Virus record (IMG/VR): IMGVR_UViG_3300031566_004355
Strand: one strand, 5' to 3'
Length of the DNA stretch: 64,000 nucleotides
From: an uncultured virus (IMG/VR IMGVR_UViG_3300031566_004355)
Lineage: Duplodnaviria; Heunggongvirae; Uroviricota; Caudoviricetes
Of the stretch, positions 7,968-18,005 are shown in pieces. The notes below the pieces were generated by a model. That model made no database searches. It had not been told where the DNA came from and saw nothing but the letters and a program-made list of their open reading frames with translations. The stretch's first letter is position 1. Each line of letters begins with the position of its first letter. Position numbers and translations under genes: made by a program.

Positions 7968-8123
7968 ATGCACCAGAAAAAATGCCCTCTATGTGATGAT
8001 ACAGGCAAGATGTTTGTTAAGCCCAAAAGGCTAATAGGCTGGACAGGTGGGCCTGGAGAAACTGTAGAGAATACGCTCGATGAGCACTATGAGCGTTGTG
8101 TTTGCCAGAAGGAGGGAAAATGA
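7968..8123 (+). CDS. Small Cys-rich protein (CPLCDDTG...CVC)
   Basis: 51-aa ORF read manually; stop overlaps next ATG (ATGA). Confidence 0.45.
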   Translation: MHQKKCPLCDDTGKMFVKPKRLIGWTGGPGETVENTLDEHYERCVCQKEGK

Positions 8124-8414
8124 GAAAGGCATTTACTATCCTGAAGAAGATAGCTATAACTCTGCGTTACGATAAAGCATTGTGTGTAGCATTTGCTTTG
8201 TTTATAGGTGGAGTAGTGGGGATGATTTATCCCTGGGGGATTACATGGCCTCATTGGGTGGGTTTCGGTTCATTTTGGGTAGGTGTTGGGGTAGGTTATT
8301 TTTCATTCCCTATTTGCTTTTAGCCACGGTAGTGAGGAGGAAAACATGGTTGAGTAGTTGCTGAGTTTATATTTTCTCAGGGTGCAGTAAGCAAATAAAC
8401 AAAGAAGGAGGCTT

Positions 8415-8888
8415 TTGTCTATGAAGAAATTTCTAAAGAGAAGGTGGCACGGAATACCAGTAGGTATAATAACTGTGCTTGTCCTGGTAGGAGTGGTTGC
8501 CGCTAGCTACACTTTCCTCAGCCACACAATTGAGATAACGGTCGATGAACCTCTGACTATCGAGTATAATCTCAATGGTGCGTATGGCGGGGATGCCCTT
8601 TGGCATCCACTTCCAGATGTAGATTCCCTAACCATTGAAGGCTCTGCTGGTGACATATTCAATATAGACCTGAGGATAAACAACAGAGCTAATAGTGCAC
8701 TGACGGTCACTACTACCTTTGCCGGGGATACTTACTGGTTTACACTTACCGGATTTCCTAGTGGTTCTATTCCCGCCTCAGATGGTAACGATAGTAACCC
8801 AGAATGGAGTGGACCAACATCCATAAAGATACATGGAGATGCTCCAGTAGGAGCCTACAACGTAACGCTAAATTTTAACAGAAGCTAA
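8415..8888 (+). CDS. Secreted or membrane-anchored beta-rich protein
   Basis: Basic N-terminus plus hydrophobic signal, Ig-like composition; SD AAGGAGG; followed by a hairpin. Confidence 0.65.
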   Translation: MSMKKFLKRRWHGIPVGIITVLVLVGVVAASYTFLSHTIEITVDEPLTIEYNLNGAYGGDALWHPLPDVDSLTIEGSAGDIFNIDLRINNRANSALTVTTTFAGDTYWFTLTGFPSGSIPASDGNDSNPEWSGPTSIKIHGDAPVGAYNVTLNFNRS

Positions 8889-8889
8889 G

Positions 8890-8910
8890 GGGAGCATGCT
8901 TACTGCTCCC
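8890..8910 (+). terminator. Hairpin, possible terminator or stabiliser
   Basis: GGGAGCA-TGCTTAC-TGCTCCC immediately after the stop codon; no U tract. Confidence 0.35.
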
Positions 8911-9113
8911 TGAGAGAATATAAATGGAAACAGTTAACATCGCCAAACAGAGTAGAACGGAAGTCCAGAAGATTGGTACTGAGGAGTGTCCATTTAGAAA
9001 ACCGGCTGGCAGCTACTATGCTCCAGAGCCTTGGGATACTTGCTCTAAGATGCCAAGTCCAGCCTCTAATGAGAATGGGATGTGTGATATAGACGCAGGT
9101 GTAGAATGTCGAT

Positions 9114-9545
9114 ATGCCGATGAATGTTAGGTTACTGAGAGTTAGCAATCGTGCCCAGCTGCCCATTCGTGGTACACCTGGGAGTGCTTATCTTGATTTG
9201 TGTGCAGCTGAGTTCGCGATTGTGGATGTAGGTACCGTTCGTCTGATAACTACGGGATGGCGAATAGAGGTTCCGGAGGGCTATTTCTTAGATGTTCGAC
9301 CCCGAAGTGGTATGGCGAGTTTTGGTGTAACGGTCAACAACGCACCTGGCACGGTAGATGCGGACTATCGTGGGGAGCTGAAGGTTATTGTAGTTAATCA
9401 TGGTTTTATTCCTTACCAGATTTCGATTGGAGACAGAATAGCTCAGTGTGCTCTGATGCCAGTTGTACCTACAAGCTTCGAAGAGGTTGGCGAGCTTACT
9501 TCAACATTGCGAGGTCGGAAGGGATATGGAAGCACGGGTCGCTAA
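9114..9545 (+). CDS. dut: Trimeric dUTPase
   Basis: Motifs AYLDL, RPRSG, NAPGTVDADYRGE, GDRIAQ, RGRKGYGSTG. Confidence 0.95.
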   Translation: MPMNVRLLRVSNRAQLPIRGTPGSAYLDLCAAEFAIVDVGTVRLITTGWRIEVPEGYFLDVRPRSGMASFGVTVNNAPGTVDADYRGELKVIVVNHGFIPYQISIGDRIAQCALMPVVPTSFEEVGELTSTLRGRKGYGSTGR

Positions 9546-10487
9546 GAAAATGAAAGTTTATCGTACGTTGCATTCGAGTAAGACGTTTTGGGGTCTTGTG
9601 AGGTTGAGAGGTGGTGGTTGGAGATTTGGGTTTGGTCGTGGCTTCTTTGAGTGGGGTAAGAATGCAATGTCTGGTCTTTATTTGCCTATAATGAAGTTAG
9701 TGGAGGAGATGGAGTGGACTTTAATTGTTAAGCACTGTGCGCCGAAAGACATGTATGATGATGGTGGCTACTGTGGAGCAAAGATAAGGAAGCATGGTGT
9801 GTACTATTGGTTTGGTGTGGCTGATGGCAATGGAGAGAACTTCTGTTCTGAGTGTGCACTTCAGGCTTTAATACATCAGTTGCAGATGGGTGGTAGACTT
9901 CCTGAGTACCGTGATTGTTGGATGCAAGATTTTGATTTATTGTGTAAGGCTAGGAAAGTAATGGAGGTGTGAAGCAATGAGTGGTTCTATGGCTTTTATT
10001 CCCGAATTGCGGGAGTTTCTGGTTGTTTTGGTGTTCCTGCAGGGTCGATTTCTTTATACCTCTATAAGGTAGAGGTAAGTACTTAAGGAGGTGCATAATG
10101 CACGGATTTGTGTTAGTAGGTAAGGTTAGAGTTGTCTTTGGGGTACTTCGGGCTCTGGCGTTGCTGGAGTGGGAGTTTCCGAATTTACTGGCTCAGGTAG
10201 ACGGCCAGGTTGTGAGGGTGACGTGAGCTGGTTCGATTGGTTGTCGGGACTCCTTGGACCTTCTAGTGGCAAGGTAACTAGCTTGGGGGATAAGGTTACG
10301 AAGCTAGAGGAGCAGGCGGATGCGGCCGAGACAGAGGCGAAGCTGAGGACGCGGGCAGTGGAGGCCCGGAGGCGTATTAAGGCTGCGGGAGGACCCGCTA
10401 ACCGTCGCTTTGCCACGTGGGTTGCGATTGTGATATTGATACTGTTTATCTTCCTGTTCTTCAGGACTTGCTTTTAGGAGGTGTAGT

Positions 10488-10877
10488 ATGTTAGTTATAA
10501 TAGGTGGAAAGCGTTCTAGTTGTGTGTACCCAGGTACTCACGTACTGGACGAGTCGGTGAAGCCTGAGGTCTTGGGTTGTGTCCCTGACCTCATACACGT
10601 AGTGGACTTTGGGTGTGAGGAGACTGTTAGGGAGTTTCTGGAGTCCTTGCAGGTCCGACACCCCCATGACGCGGATTGCATACTGGTGGTCGAACATGCA
10701 TGGCTTGCTTTGGGAGGTCGTAATGCACCTACGGAGCTAGGTCGGAAGGCGTCTTACTTTGTTTTAGCGCATCGGCAGTTCGGGTACGCACACATTATTC
10801 TGTTGACCCGCGAGGTTTCTGGAATTAGGAAGACGATTCGGGACGCGGCGGATGTTGCGTTCGACTTTTCAGCCTGA
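10488..10877 (+). CDS. Truncated, degenerate Zot/FtsK-like P-loop protein
   Basis: LVIIGGKRSS (eroded Walker A), ILVVEHA (eroded Walker B), HRQ, IILLTR..IRKTIRDAAD resemble the Zot motif order. Confidence 0.45.
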   Translation: MLVIIGGKRSSCVYPGTHVLDESVKPEVLGCVPDLIHVVDFGCEETVREFLESLQVRHPHDADCILVVEHAWLALGGRNAPTELGRKASYFVLAHRQFGYAHIILLTREVSGIRKTIRDAADVAFDFSA

Positions 10878-11161
10878 GATACGAGCTTGGTCGCGTTAAT
10901 CGTTTTGGATGAGGAGGACATGTAGAAAGGAGGTGTGGGATGAGTAAAAAGACTCGTGAGTTTCTCTGGGACAATAAAGGCGTAGCAGAGGCAATGGAGG
11001 CTCTTCGCAAGGAGTGCGAGAACAAGGACCTACCGGGGTTGCTGGCTATGGTTGAGGTGTCTGAGGCACTGTTAGCGGCAATTCGGTTCTTGATTATTGC
11101 GGAGATTGCCCGAGCTAGGGGTTTACTTGGCCAAACAAAAAGGGGTAACCTAAAAGGGATG

Positions 11162-11205
11162 CTATAAGGATGTGCTTGCCCTTGGGTAACCAACTATGGT
11201 ATAAT
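11162..11205 (+). promoter_or_regulatory. Promoter P3 (replication operon): box CTATAAGGATGTGC, -35 TTGCCC, TGGTATAAT
   Basis: GATGTGC 11169-75, TTGCCC 11176-81, TATAAT 11200-05. Confidence 0.8.
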
Positions 11206-11216
11206 AGGAGTATATT

Positions 11217-11423
11217 ATGACGACTAGGTTGTTAGACAAGATGTCTCGGGTTGAGAGGCTGCGGGATATTGTTGCTAGGGTAAAGCGTGGCGAGGAGTTT
11301 TCTGCCTTCGACATTGCTGTCTGGTATGATGTTTCGATAAATGTTGCGTACCGGGACATTAAGGCTCTCAAGGATGAGAGATATATCCCAAAGGACTGGA
11401 CGTTTAAGAGAAAGCAACAATGA
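11217..11423 (+). CDS. Helix-turn-helix DNA-binding protein (HTH_11-like)
   Basis: SAFDIAVWYDVSINVAYRDIKAL matches the LA..F.VS.RT..RDI..L pattern; first gene after P3. Confidence 0.75.
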   Translation: MTTRLLDKMSRVERLRDIVARVKRGEEFSAFDIAVWYDVSINVAYRDIKALKDERYIPKDWTFKRKQQ

Positions 11424-11947
11424 TTACTGAGTGGTACGAGGTGGCCTACTTTATCATTATAGGCGCGCTTCTTGTTGCGGTTGTGTACTTTTGGTTCCGG
11501 GGAAGACTTCTGAGGAGTTCATGGAATAAGCGGATGAAGGTTAAGGTGTTGAGGGCCGAGAATGCGACGATAGACCTCCTCATTGATGGGGTGCCTTATA
11601 CCTACTTAGTTAGTCGGTCCCGGCCCTTGGCAGCTCGGGATATTGCAGTCGCGCGGCAGGTTCTGGACTTCTCTCTAATGGAATCTTTGTGCCGTGCGGG
11701 TAGCGTTACTGAGGCCGAGCATCCTCTGACGCGATTGTGGGACAGGTTCGTTTTCCGACTGTGTAAGCGTGAACGTCCGGCTGTTGCGCAAGTAAGGGTA
11801 ATGACCCAGGCGTTTGGGATTCCTGCAGTCGGTAGGTATATCCGAGAGAATGGCGTGCCTGTAGACATTGACGGGACTACATATACTATAGTGTCTCCTG
11901 CGCTTCTCGAGGCGCTGGAGAGAGGAGAGCTTGATGAAGAGGTCTAA
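11420..11947 (+). CDS. Single-TM hypothetical protein
   Basis: N-terminal TM helix; ATGA overlap. Confidence 0.55.
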   Translation: MITEWYEVAYFIIIGALLVAVVYFWFRGRLLRSSWNKRMKVKVLRAENATIDLLIDGVPYTYLVSRSRPLAARDIAVARQVLDFSLMESLCRAGSVTEAEHPLTRLWDRFVFRLCKRERPAVAQVRVMTQAFGIPAVGRYIRENGVPVDIDGTTYTIVSPALLEALERGELDEEV

Positions 11948-12150
11948 GACGTTTAGGGTCGGTGATAGAGTTCGGGTTAAGGCGTGTAGTAGGAATGCCG
12001 GAGGCGTGTTTGCGGGTAGGATGGGTGAGGTGATACGTGACGACTATAGTGGTCATTACCCCTACTTGGTGTCGTTCTCGGCTCTTAACTCACGGCACAG
12101 GCCTTTCTGTGCCGCCGAGCTAGAACTGGTTGAGAGGCCTGGAGGTACTG

Positions 12151-12891
12151 ATGGACAAGTTTAACTGCATACTTTATGGAGAGAGTGGGGTTGGTAAGAC
12201 TCCCTTTGCTGGAACACTTCAGATGTGGGAGAAGACCAAGCCCTGTTTACTTTTAGACGTGGATATGGGAGCTATGAGTCTCGGCAGCTTGGAGGAGAAG
12301 CCTGTTGTGCTTCCAGTAGAGACCTGGCCCGAGATGGCTCAGGTTTATGACTACTTTAAGAGGGCTGCTTGGGACGAGTTGGCTGGGTACATATCCAAAA
12401 AAATGGGTATTGAGGTTCCAGTATTAGAGTATAGGAGTGTGGTTATAGACTCCGGTACGGAATTGGAATACAAGCTTCGTATTGGGGTAGTAAAGGCTAA
12501 CGAGAAGGGAGACGGGGAGGTTCCTTCTCAGCCCGATTATCTTAGAACGCAGGAGCGCTTTCGTAGGATGTATAGGCTCTTTAGGGACTTGCCGATTAGC
12601 CTTGTTATGACTGCGGGGCTTCGGGAGCTCAAGGAGGAGTCTACGGGAATAATTAAACGGAGTCCCGGCTTTCAGCCGTCTTTGTCGCACGACCTAGTTC
12701 GGATGACGGACTTGGTTGTTTATATGGCTGTGACTATGTCTGGTGTGGGCTCGGATGCTAAGTGGACGAGACACTTAGTCACGAGTCTTTCGAATCGATT
12801 CATTGCCAGAGACCGCTCCGGTCAGTTAAAGCCAGTATTAGAGGGCGAGAAGTTCTATTGGAAGAAAATTCTCGAGAACGTGTTAGTCTAG
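12151..12891 (+). CDS. AAA_24 / Sak4-like ATPase (recombination)
   Basis: ILYGESGVGKT, VVIDSGTE, IARDRSG; adjacent to SSB-like gene; SD GGAGGT before ATG 12151. Confidence 0.85.
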   Translation: MDKFNCILYGESGVGKTPFAGTLQMWEKTKPCLLLDVDMGAMSLGSLEEKPVVLPVETWPEMAQVYDYFKRAAWDELAGYISKKMGIEVPVLEYRSVVIDSGTELEYKLRIGVVKANEKGDGEVPSQPDYLRTQERFRRMYRLFRDLPISLVMTAGLRELKEESTGIIKRSPGFQPSLSHDLVRMTDLVVYMAVTMSGVGSDAKWTRHLVTSLSNRFIARDRSGQLKPVLEGEKFYWKKILENVLV

Positions 12892-12901
12892 GGGGTTCAT
12901 C

Positions 12902-13034
12902 CAGGGCTTAAGTGTTCTGGTGCGAATATGAATGTAGTTCTTGGTTACGCGGTGTCGCTTTGTAGCGTAGTAGGTGACTAAAGCGGCTGGATGGAGTCGT
13001 ATCCAAGCCCTGAAAGGGGACGCTAGGAACTGCA
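12902..13034 (+). ncRNA. Putative multibranch structured RNA in the ATPase-SSB intergenic region
   Basis: Stems 12933-44/13023-34, 12954-61/12980-87, TGGAT/ATCCA, CCCT-GAAA-GGGG; alternative 8-bp pairing 12902-09/13005-12. Confidence 0.5.
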
Positions 13035-13057
13035 AATCTAGAGTAGAGGTGTAGACT

Positions 13058-13507
13058 ATGGGTGTTCCAGTATCTTTTGCAGACGTCGAATCCCGTGAGT
13101 TTGAACCTTTACCTGTCGGTCGGTACCCCGCAAAGGTCAGTGTTGTGGAGTACGTGGCAGAGTCCGCCCGGAGTGGCGAGCCCACTCTAGCCTGGCAGTT
13201 TACTGTTCAGGGTGGGGATTACGATGGAAGAATTGGCTTCCTAAATACTTCCCTTCAAGTGGGCGACGAGGAAACGGGTAAGAAGGACGCTCGCTGGGCC
13301 ACAATGCGTGTACTTAAGGCGCTCGGTTTTTCCGAGGACGAGATTAAGGCGCGTAGTTGGGACTTTGAGGACCCCGATACCATGGACATGCTTATCGCGC
13401 GCGACTGCATTATCAGCATTGGGCATGAGATGTACGAGGGCGAGAAGAAGCAGCGTGTGCGTCGGATATTCCCCATTAGCGAGCTGAAAGAAGCCGCACC
13501 CTTCTAG
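13058..13507 (+). CDS. DUF669-like single-stranded DNA-binding protein
   Basis: FEPLPVGRYPAKV...WQFTV..G.Y.GR, OB-like pattern, C-terminal PF; next to AAA_24. Confidence 0.75.
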   Translation: MGVPVSFADVESREFEPLPVGRYPAKVSVVEYVAESARSGEPTLAWQFTVQGGDYDGRIGFLNTSLQVGDEETGKKDARWATMRVLKALGFSEDEIKARSWDFEDPDTMDMLIARDCIISIGHEMYEGEKKQRVRRIFPISELKEAAPF

Positions 13508-13539
13508 TTGCTGGGCCTTGGGTGAACCCTTTTTGATAG

Positions 13540-15408
13540 GTGAGATGTGTGACTACTAAAGTGCGCGAAGTTAGTTTAGCAGACACTTCTAAGGCCTCGA
13601 ACTCTGGTCGCCGCCTCAAGACGAGCGTATATGTATCGGGTAGAGGGTCTGCTCCATATATTATTCCTAAGGAAGTTGAGTTCGACTGTAGTGGGACTCG
13701 TAAGGAGTGTCCGTTGTGTCCGTTGGTAGGAGGTGCGAAGGGTCTCGAGATTGTTGCCTCTAACCGGAACATCCTCAACCTCCTAGGTAAGGCGGATAGT
13801 ACGGTAGTCAAGTACATAAGGTCTTGGGCAGGTGCGTGTGACAAGGCGCACGTTCACATCATGAGTACTCAAAATGTCGAGGAGCTGAGAGTTAGCCCTC
13901 GGATGGAGACGTTTCTTCCCTCTGCGGAGTATGTTACCCGCGAGTGCCTCTATCTCGGGCACGGACTTTTACCTAATCGTCCGTACTCCATTGAGTGTTT
14001 TTGCTACCCTGACCCGACTAGCCAGCGTGCTGTGCTAGTGTCTGATAAGGCGATGCCCTTGAGGGATATGCTAGAGACCTTCAACTTCCAGAAGTGTAGG
14101 GAGTCTCTCGAAGTTTTCAGGAAGAGTCCGGGAGAGCTGTTTGACGAGCTGTATGCGGACTTCGTGTCTAATGTGCATCACATCGTAGGTCGGCGGGCTT
14201 TGCAGATAGCCTTCGACCTCGCGTTCCATAGCGTTCTCGAGTTCAAGTTCCAGGGCGTGAAGTTGCGCCGTGGCTGGGTCGAGGCGTTCATTTTGGGTGA
14301 TAGTGGTCAGGGCAAAACTGAGATGAGTTTGTGCTTGCTGAATCACTACAGTTTGGGAGACAGGATTCAAGGGGAAGGTGCCAGCACTGCTGGGCTCATA
14401 GGCGGGCTTGAGAAGCTCGGCGAGAGGTGGATACTTGTTTGGGGGAGAGTCCCTCAGATGGACAAGCGTCTATTGATTATCGACGAGTTCTCGGGACTTA
14501 GTGAGGAGGACGTAGCTAAGCTGAGCGACATTAGGTCTACAGGTATTGCGGAGATAACCAAGATTAGGACGGAGCGTGCGAGTGCTCGGACTCGTCTTGT
14601 GATGATGTCCAATACTCGTGACGGTCAGCCTTTGTCGACGTATAACACGGGTGTAGAGGCTCTGAAGGGAGTATTCGGACACGCCGAGGACGTGCGTAGG
14701 CTGGACTTCGCGGTCTGTGTTGCGAGTGGGGAGTTGCCTGCAGATGCTTTTAATGCTATTCAGGAGAGTGTGCCCCACAAGTATACTGGGGAGTTGTGTC
14801 GTAACCTAATTTTGTGGGCCTGGTCGAGGTCTGTCGACGATGTTGTTATTCCTGAGGATGTTACTCAGATGATTCTGACGCGCGCTTCGGAGCTCTCAGG
14901 GATGTATAGCTCATTCATTCCGCTTGTGGAGCCTGCGGACATGCGCGTCAAACTGGCGCGGCTCGCGGTTGCTTGCGCGTGTAGGTGCTTTTCCTCGGAC
15001 GAGTCTGGCCGAGTGTGTGTGATGCTGGGACATGTTAAGTTCGTGTACGAGTTCCTGCGTCAGTGTTACGATTCAGCTTTTATGGCCTATGACACCTACA
15101 GTACTAGAGTCAAGCACGAGTCTGTCTTTGACGACGGGGAATTTGAGAGGGCGCTCGAGGACTTTCGAGCATTGCCCAGGTGTGGAGAGTGTGCAGACAT
15201 CCTGACGCGCTTGGGTAATCCCTTTAGGGGCTACGAGCTTGGTGAGCAGTTAGGCATAGAGTCTTGGGATGTTAAGGAGATTACCCGTTTTCTGTCGCGG
15301 TATCGCATGATTCAGACGTTGCCTGCGGGCTACCGCAAGTTATCCAAGCTCCAGACGTTCCTGAAAAGAATCGACGCTTTGCGTGTCGAGAAGGAGGCGC
15401 GAGGATGA
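13540..15408 (+). CDS. MCM-like replicative helicase
   Basis: Walker A GDSGQGKT, STAGLIGG, Walker B LIIDEF, ARTRLVMMSN, RRLD arginine finger; N-terminal Cys cluster. Confidence 0.8.
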   Translation: MRCVTTKVREVSLADTSKASNSGRRLKTSVYVSGRGSAPYIIPKEVEFDCSGTRKECPLCPLVGGAKGLEIVASNRNILNLLGKADSTVVKYIRSWAGACDKAHVHIMSTQNVEELRVSPRMETFLPSAEYVTRECLYLGHGLLPNRPYSIECFCYPDPTSQRAVLVSDKAMPLRDMLETFNFQKCRESLEVFRKSPGELFDELYADFVSNVHHIVGRRALQIAFDLAFHSVLEFKFQGVKLRRGWVEAFILGDSGQGKTEMSLCLLNHYSLGDRIQGEGASTAGLIGGLEKLGERWILVWGRVPQMDKRLLIIDEFSGLSEEDVAKLSDIRSTGIAEITKIRTERASARTRLVMMSNTRDGQPLSTYNTGVEALKGVFGHAEDVRRLDFAVCVASGELPADAFNAIQESVPHKYTGELCRNLILWAWSRSVDDVVIPEDVTQMILTRASELSGMYSSFIPLVEPADMRVKLARLAVACACRCFSSDESGRVCVMLGHVKFVYEFLRQCYDSAFMAYDTYSTRVKHESVFDDGEFERALEDFRALPRCGECADILTRLGNPFRGYELGEQLGIESWDVKEITRFLSRYRMIQTLPAGYRKLSKLQTFLKRIDALRVEKEARG

Positions 15409-15660
15409 AGGTTAAGGTATGGAGTTGCTGGGTAACGTCTTAGAGAAGGTTGCGATAGTGGTAGCTTTATGCGGCTTTTTGTACGCAACGGTTCTGACTC
15501 TTCGGTATTGGGCACGAGAGGATTGGGCACGAGAGAATAGAGATGGTACGAACAGCAAGAACGGTACTTAGGTTTCTAGCGTGGTTGTGGTGGGGCATAG
15601 TGAAGCCTATGAATACTCCCCTGAGAGGCTTAAGAGAAACATTGAAGGAGGCAGACGAAC

Positions 15661-16353
15661 ATGGCGAGCGAGGCTAAGAAAGCGGTAGTGTTACTGAGCG
15701 GTGGTTTGGATTCCACAGTGCTGCTGTATAATATGGTTAAGGACTTTGAGTGTTACCCCCTGACCGTATCGTATGGACAGAGGCATGAGAAGGAGGTCCT
15801 GGCGGCCCGAACGGTCTGTATGGCGCGCACTCGTGATTTGCTTGTCAGGTGGACTTGGCTCAACCTGGAGGTGCTTAAGGAGTTCCTACCTAGCGCACTA
15901 ACGGGTGTAGGTGAAGTTCCGCGTGGTCACTACGAGACAGAGTCTATGAAGCTAACAGTTGTACCCAACCGGAACATGATACTGTTAGCTATTGCGGCCG
16001 GCTATGCCCAGGGTCTAGGTGCAGGAACGGTTGCGTACGCTGCGCACCAAGGGGACCGTGCAGTCTATCCCGACTGCCGTCCAGAGTTCGTTACGAGTGT
16101 TGCGGAGACTACACGTCTTGGGACTGGTGATGCTGTAGTACTATATGCACCTTTTGTGCACATGACCAAGGCCGAGATTGTTAAGCTGGGTGCGAAGTTG
16201 CATGTTCCGTTCCCGAAGACTTGGAGCTGCTACGAGGGCGGTCCATTACACTGTGGGGTTTGTGGAACTTGTACTGAGAGACGTGAGGCCTTTCGGTTGG
16301 CTGGAGTGTATGATTCTACGAAGTATGTTGCGGAGGTAGTTAGCCATGCCTAG
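15661..16353 (+). CDS. queC: 7-cyano-7-deazaguanine synthase
   Basis: SGGLDS, YGQRH, VPNRN, YPDCR, TWSCY..HCGVCGTC. Confidence 0.95.
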   Translation: MASEAKKAVVLLSGGLDSTVLLYNMVKDFECYPLTVSYGQRHEKEVLAARTVCMARTRDLLVRWTWLNLEVLKEFLPSALTGVGEVPRGHYETESMKLTVVPNRNMILLAIAAGYAQGLGAGTVAYAAHQGDRAVYPDCRPEFVTSVAETTRLGTGDAVVLYAPFVHMTKAEIVKLGAKLHVPFPKTWSCYEGGPLHCGVCGTCTERREAFRLAGVYDSTKYVAEVVSHA

Positions 16354-16904
16354 GTTGCGGGACTTGTTACCTACACGCTTCTTGAGGCCTCACTTTAGTG
16401 AGTTGATTCTCGAGAGGCCACCCGAGGGTAAGGAAGTTAATACTAGCTACGGAGGTCCTAACATGCCTCGGTACCAGTTCTGTAACTGCGGACTATCCTC
16501 ACGAAGGGTGAAGAAGACTGTGAGTGGCGCCTTGTACGATTGTAGGTGTCACGGAGAGTTTTTTGTGAAGGCTGCGTGAGATGAAGGAAGACGAAGACGA
16601 AGTGATTGCGTTGGACGAGCTGTACCTACAGACTCCGGTCGGGCCAGCACCGTTCTGGCAGGTATTTGACGAGGCGACTGAAACTCCGTCTAAAATGGTG
16701 CTGCCTGTAGGCCGGTTCTATGGTATGTACAACTCTCAGGAACTAATTGCGTTGCGTGGCTGGGTTGCGCAGGCTCGTATGGGGCGTGCGGCATCGATGC
16801 AGTTGCTGGGCTTGCTCGACCAGGTGGTTGTGTTGCCGAATGGAGTGACTTGTACTATTGAGGAGTTGCGAGAGGCTATTGAATATGCTGAGGAGGTGTA
16901 GACA

Positions 16905-17246
16905 TTGATAATACACGACGATGAGACTCTTGAGGAGGCGGTTGCGTTGGTCCTTCAGGGGCCTGTTAAGTACTCGGACGAGTATTCGTATCGGACTGTA
17001 GCATCTGAGACGCAGCTACGTGAATTGATTACGCAGGCTTTTAGTCGTCAGGATATCTCGATAGTTGTTCCTGTAGGTCAGGAGCGCTCGATGGAGGTTC
17101 ACTCTGTAGCGCGTCGAGCTGTCAAGCTGGCTCGGGAGAATGCAGAGAAGACTGCGGTCAGGCAGTTCTTGTCCGATAACCCCGAGGTTCGTAAGGCTAA
17201 GACCGTCGACGAGGCTATGAGGATATTCCGTACGAAACATAAGTAG
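16905..17246 (+). CDS. Hypothetical protein
   Basis: SD GAGGAGGT, 113-aa ORF in operon. Confidence 0.5.
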   Translation: MIIHDDETLEEAVALVLQGPVKYSDEYSYRTVASETQLRELITQAFSRQDISIVVPVGQERSMEVHSVARRAVKLARENAEKTAVRQFLSDNPEVRKAKTVDEAMRIFRTKHK

Positions 17247-17626
17247 GAAAGGAGGTGACGTATGCACCATGAGGCGTTGGAGAAGAAAGGGAAGAGCGCA
17301 ATTCGGACTGGCTTAGTGCTGGCTCTTGTGGGCGTGTTACTTGGAGTGTTGGCGACCATGTTCCAGAATAGCCTAGTCATTATGCTTGGGCTGTTGTTAA
17401 TGGCAGTAGGATTGCTCTTCCTAGGAGTCTGGTCGGGCATAAACTACGCCGACAAGGCTCTTCCTATTGAGGAAGCGTCGGATGACGCCAAATGACGTCC
17501 TGAGAACCGGCCTGGAGTTGCTAATTGCTTTCGCAATTGGGGCGTTTGCGGAGGCAGTTTTAGTAGCAGTTCTGGTAGTCGTTATCACCGGAACTGTTTG
17601 TATCAAAGTATTTAGGGAGGTGAAGT

Positions 17627-17938
17627 ATGCCACTGTTAGTGGACGAAATGCCCGAGCAGGCAAGGCCTGAAGACCCGGTTTGGACTACAGCTGTAATGGC
17701 CTACGAGCTTGGTAGCGTGATTAGGTGTCTAGTTCGTGCCGAGCATATCCAGTTGGCGGGCGGTGCGCCCGAGCGTGTGAAGGCCCTCTTGGCTACGGCT
17801 CGTATTGGAGCAGCTGACCTTATTACCCAAGTTCGCGTTCTGAGTGAGCAAATGGGTTGGAAGTGGATTGACCTGGAAAACGACGGCATCGAGCGATTCA
17901 AGGAGCGTATGACCGAGATAGCCGAGGGGAAGTTATAG
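17627..17938 (+). CDS. MazG-like all-alpha protein, acidic motif degenerate
   Basis: MAYELGSV...GAADL..Q.R.L...MGW resembles the EExGE...ELAD pattern. Confidence 0.4.
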   Translation: MPLLVDEMPEQARPEDPVWTTAVMAYELGSVIRCLVRAEHIQLAGGAPERVKALLATARIGAADLITQVRVLSEQMGWKWIDLENDGIERFKERMTEIAEGKL

Positions 17939-18005
17939 TAGACGTGGTCAAGCCGGGACATGAGGTTGTGGACGGCGTCGAGAATGTCATTGTAAGGAGG
18001 TGACT

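Noticed and set aside
15507..15535. 14-bp tandem duplication ATTGGGCACGAGAG
   Set aside because: Only two copies with a 1-nt gap; looks like a local duplication, not an array
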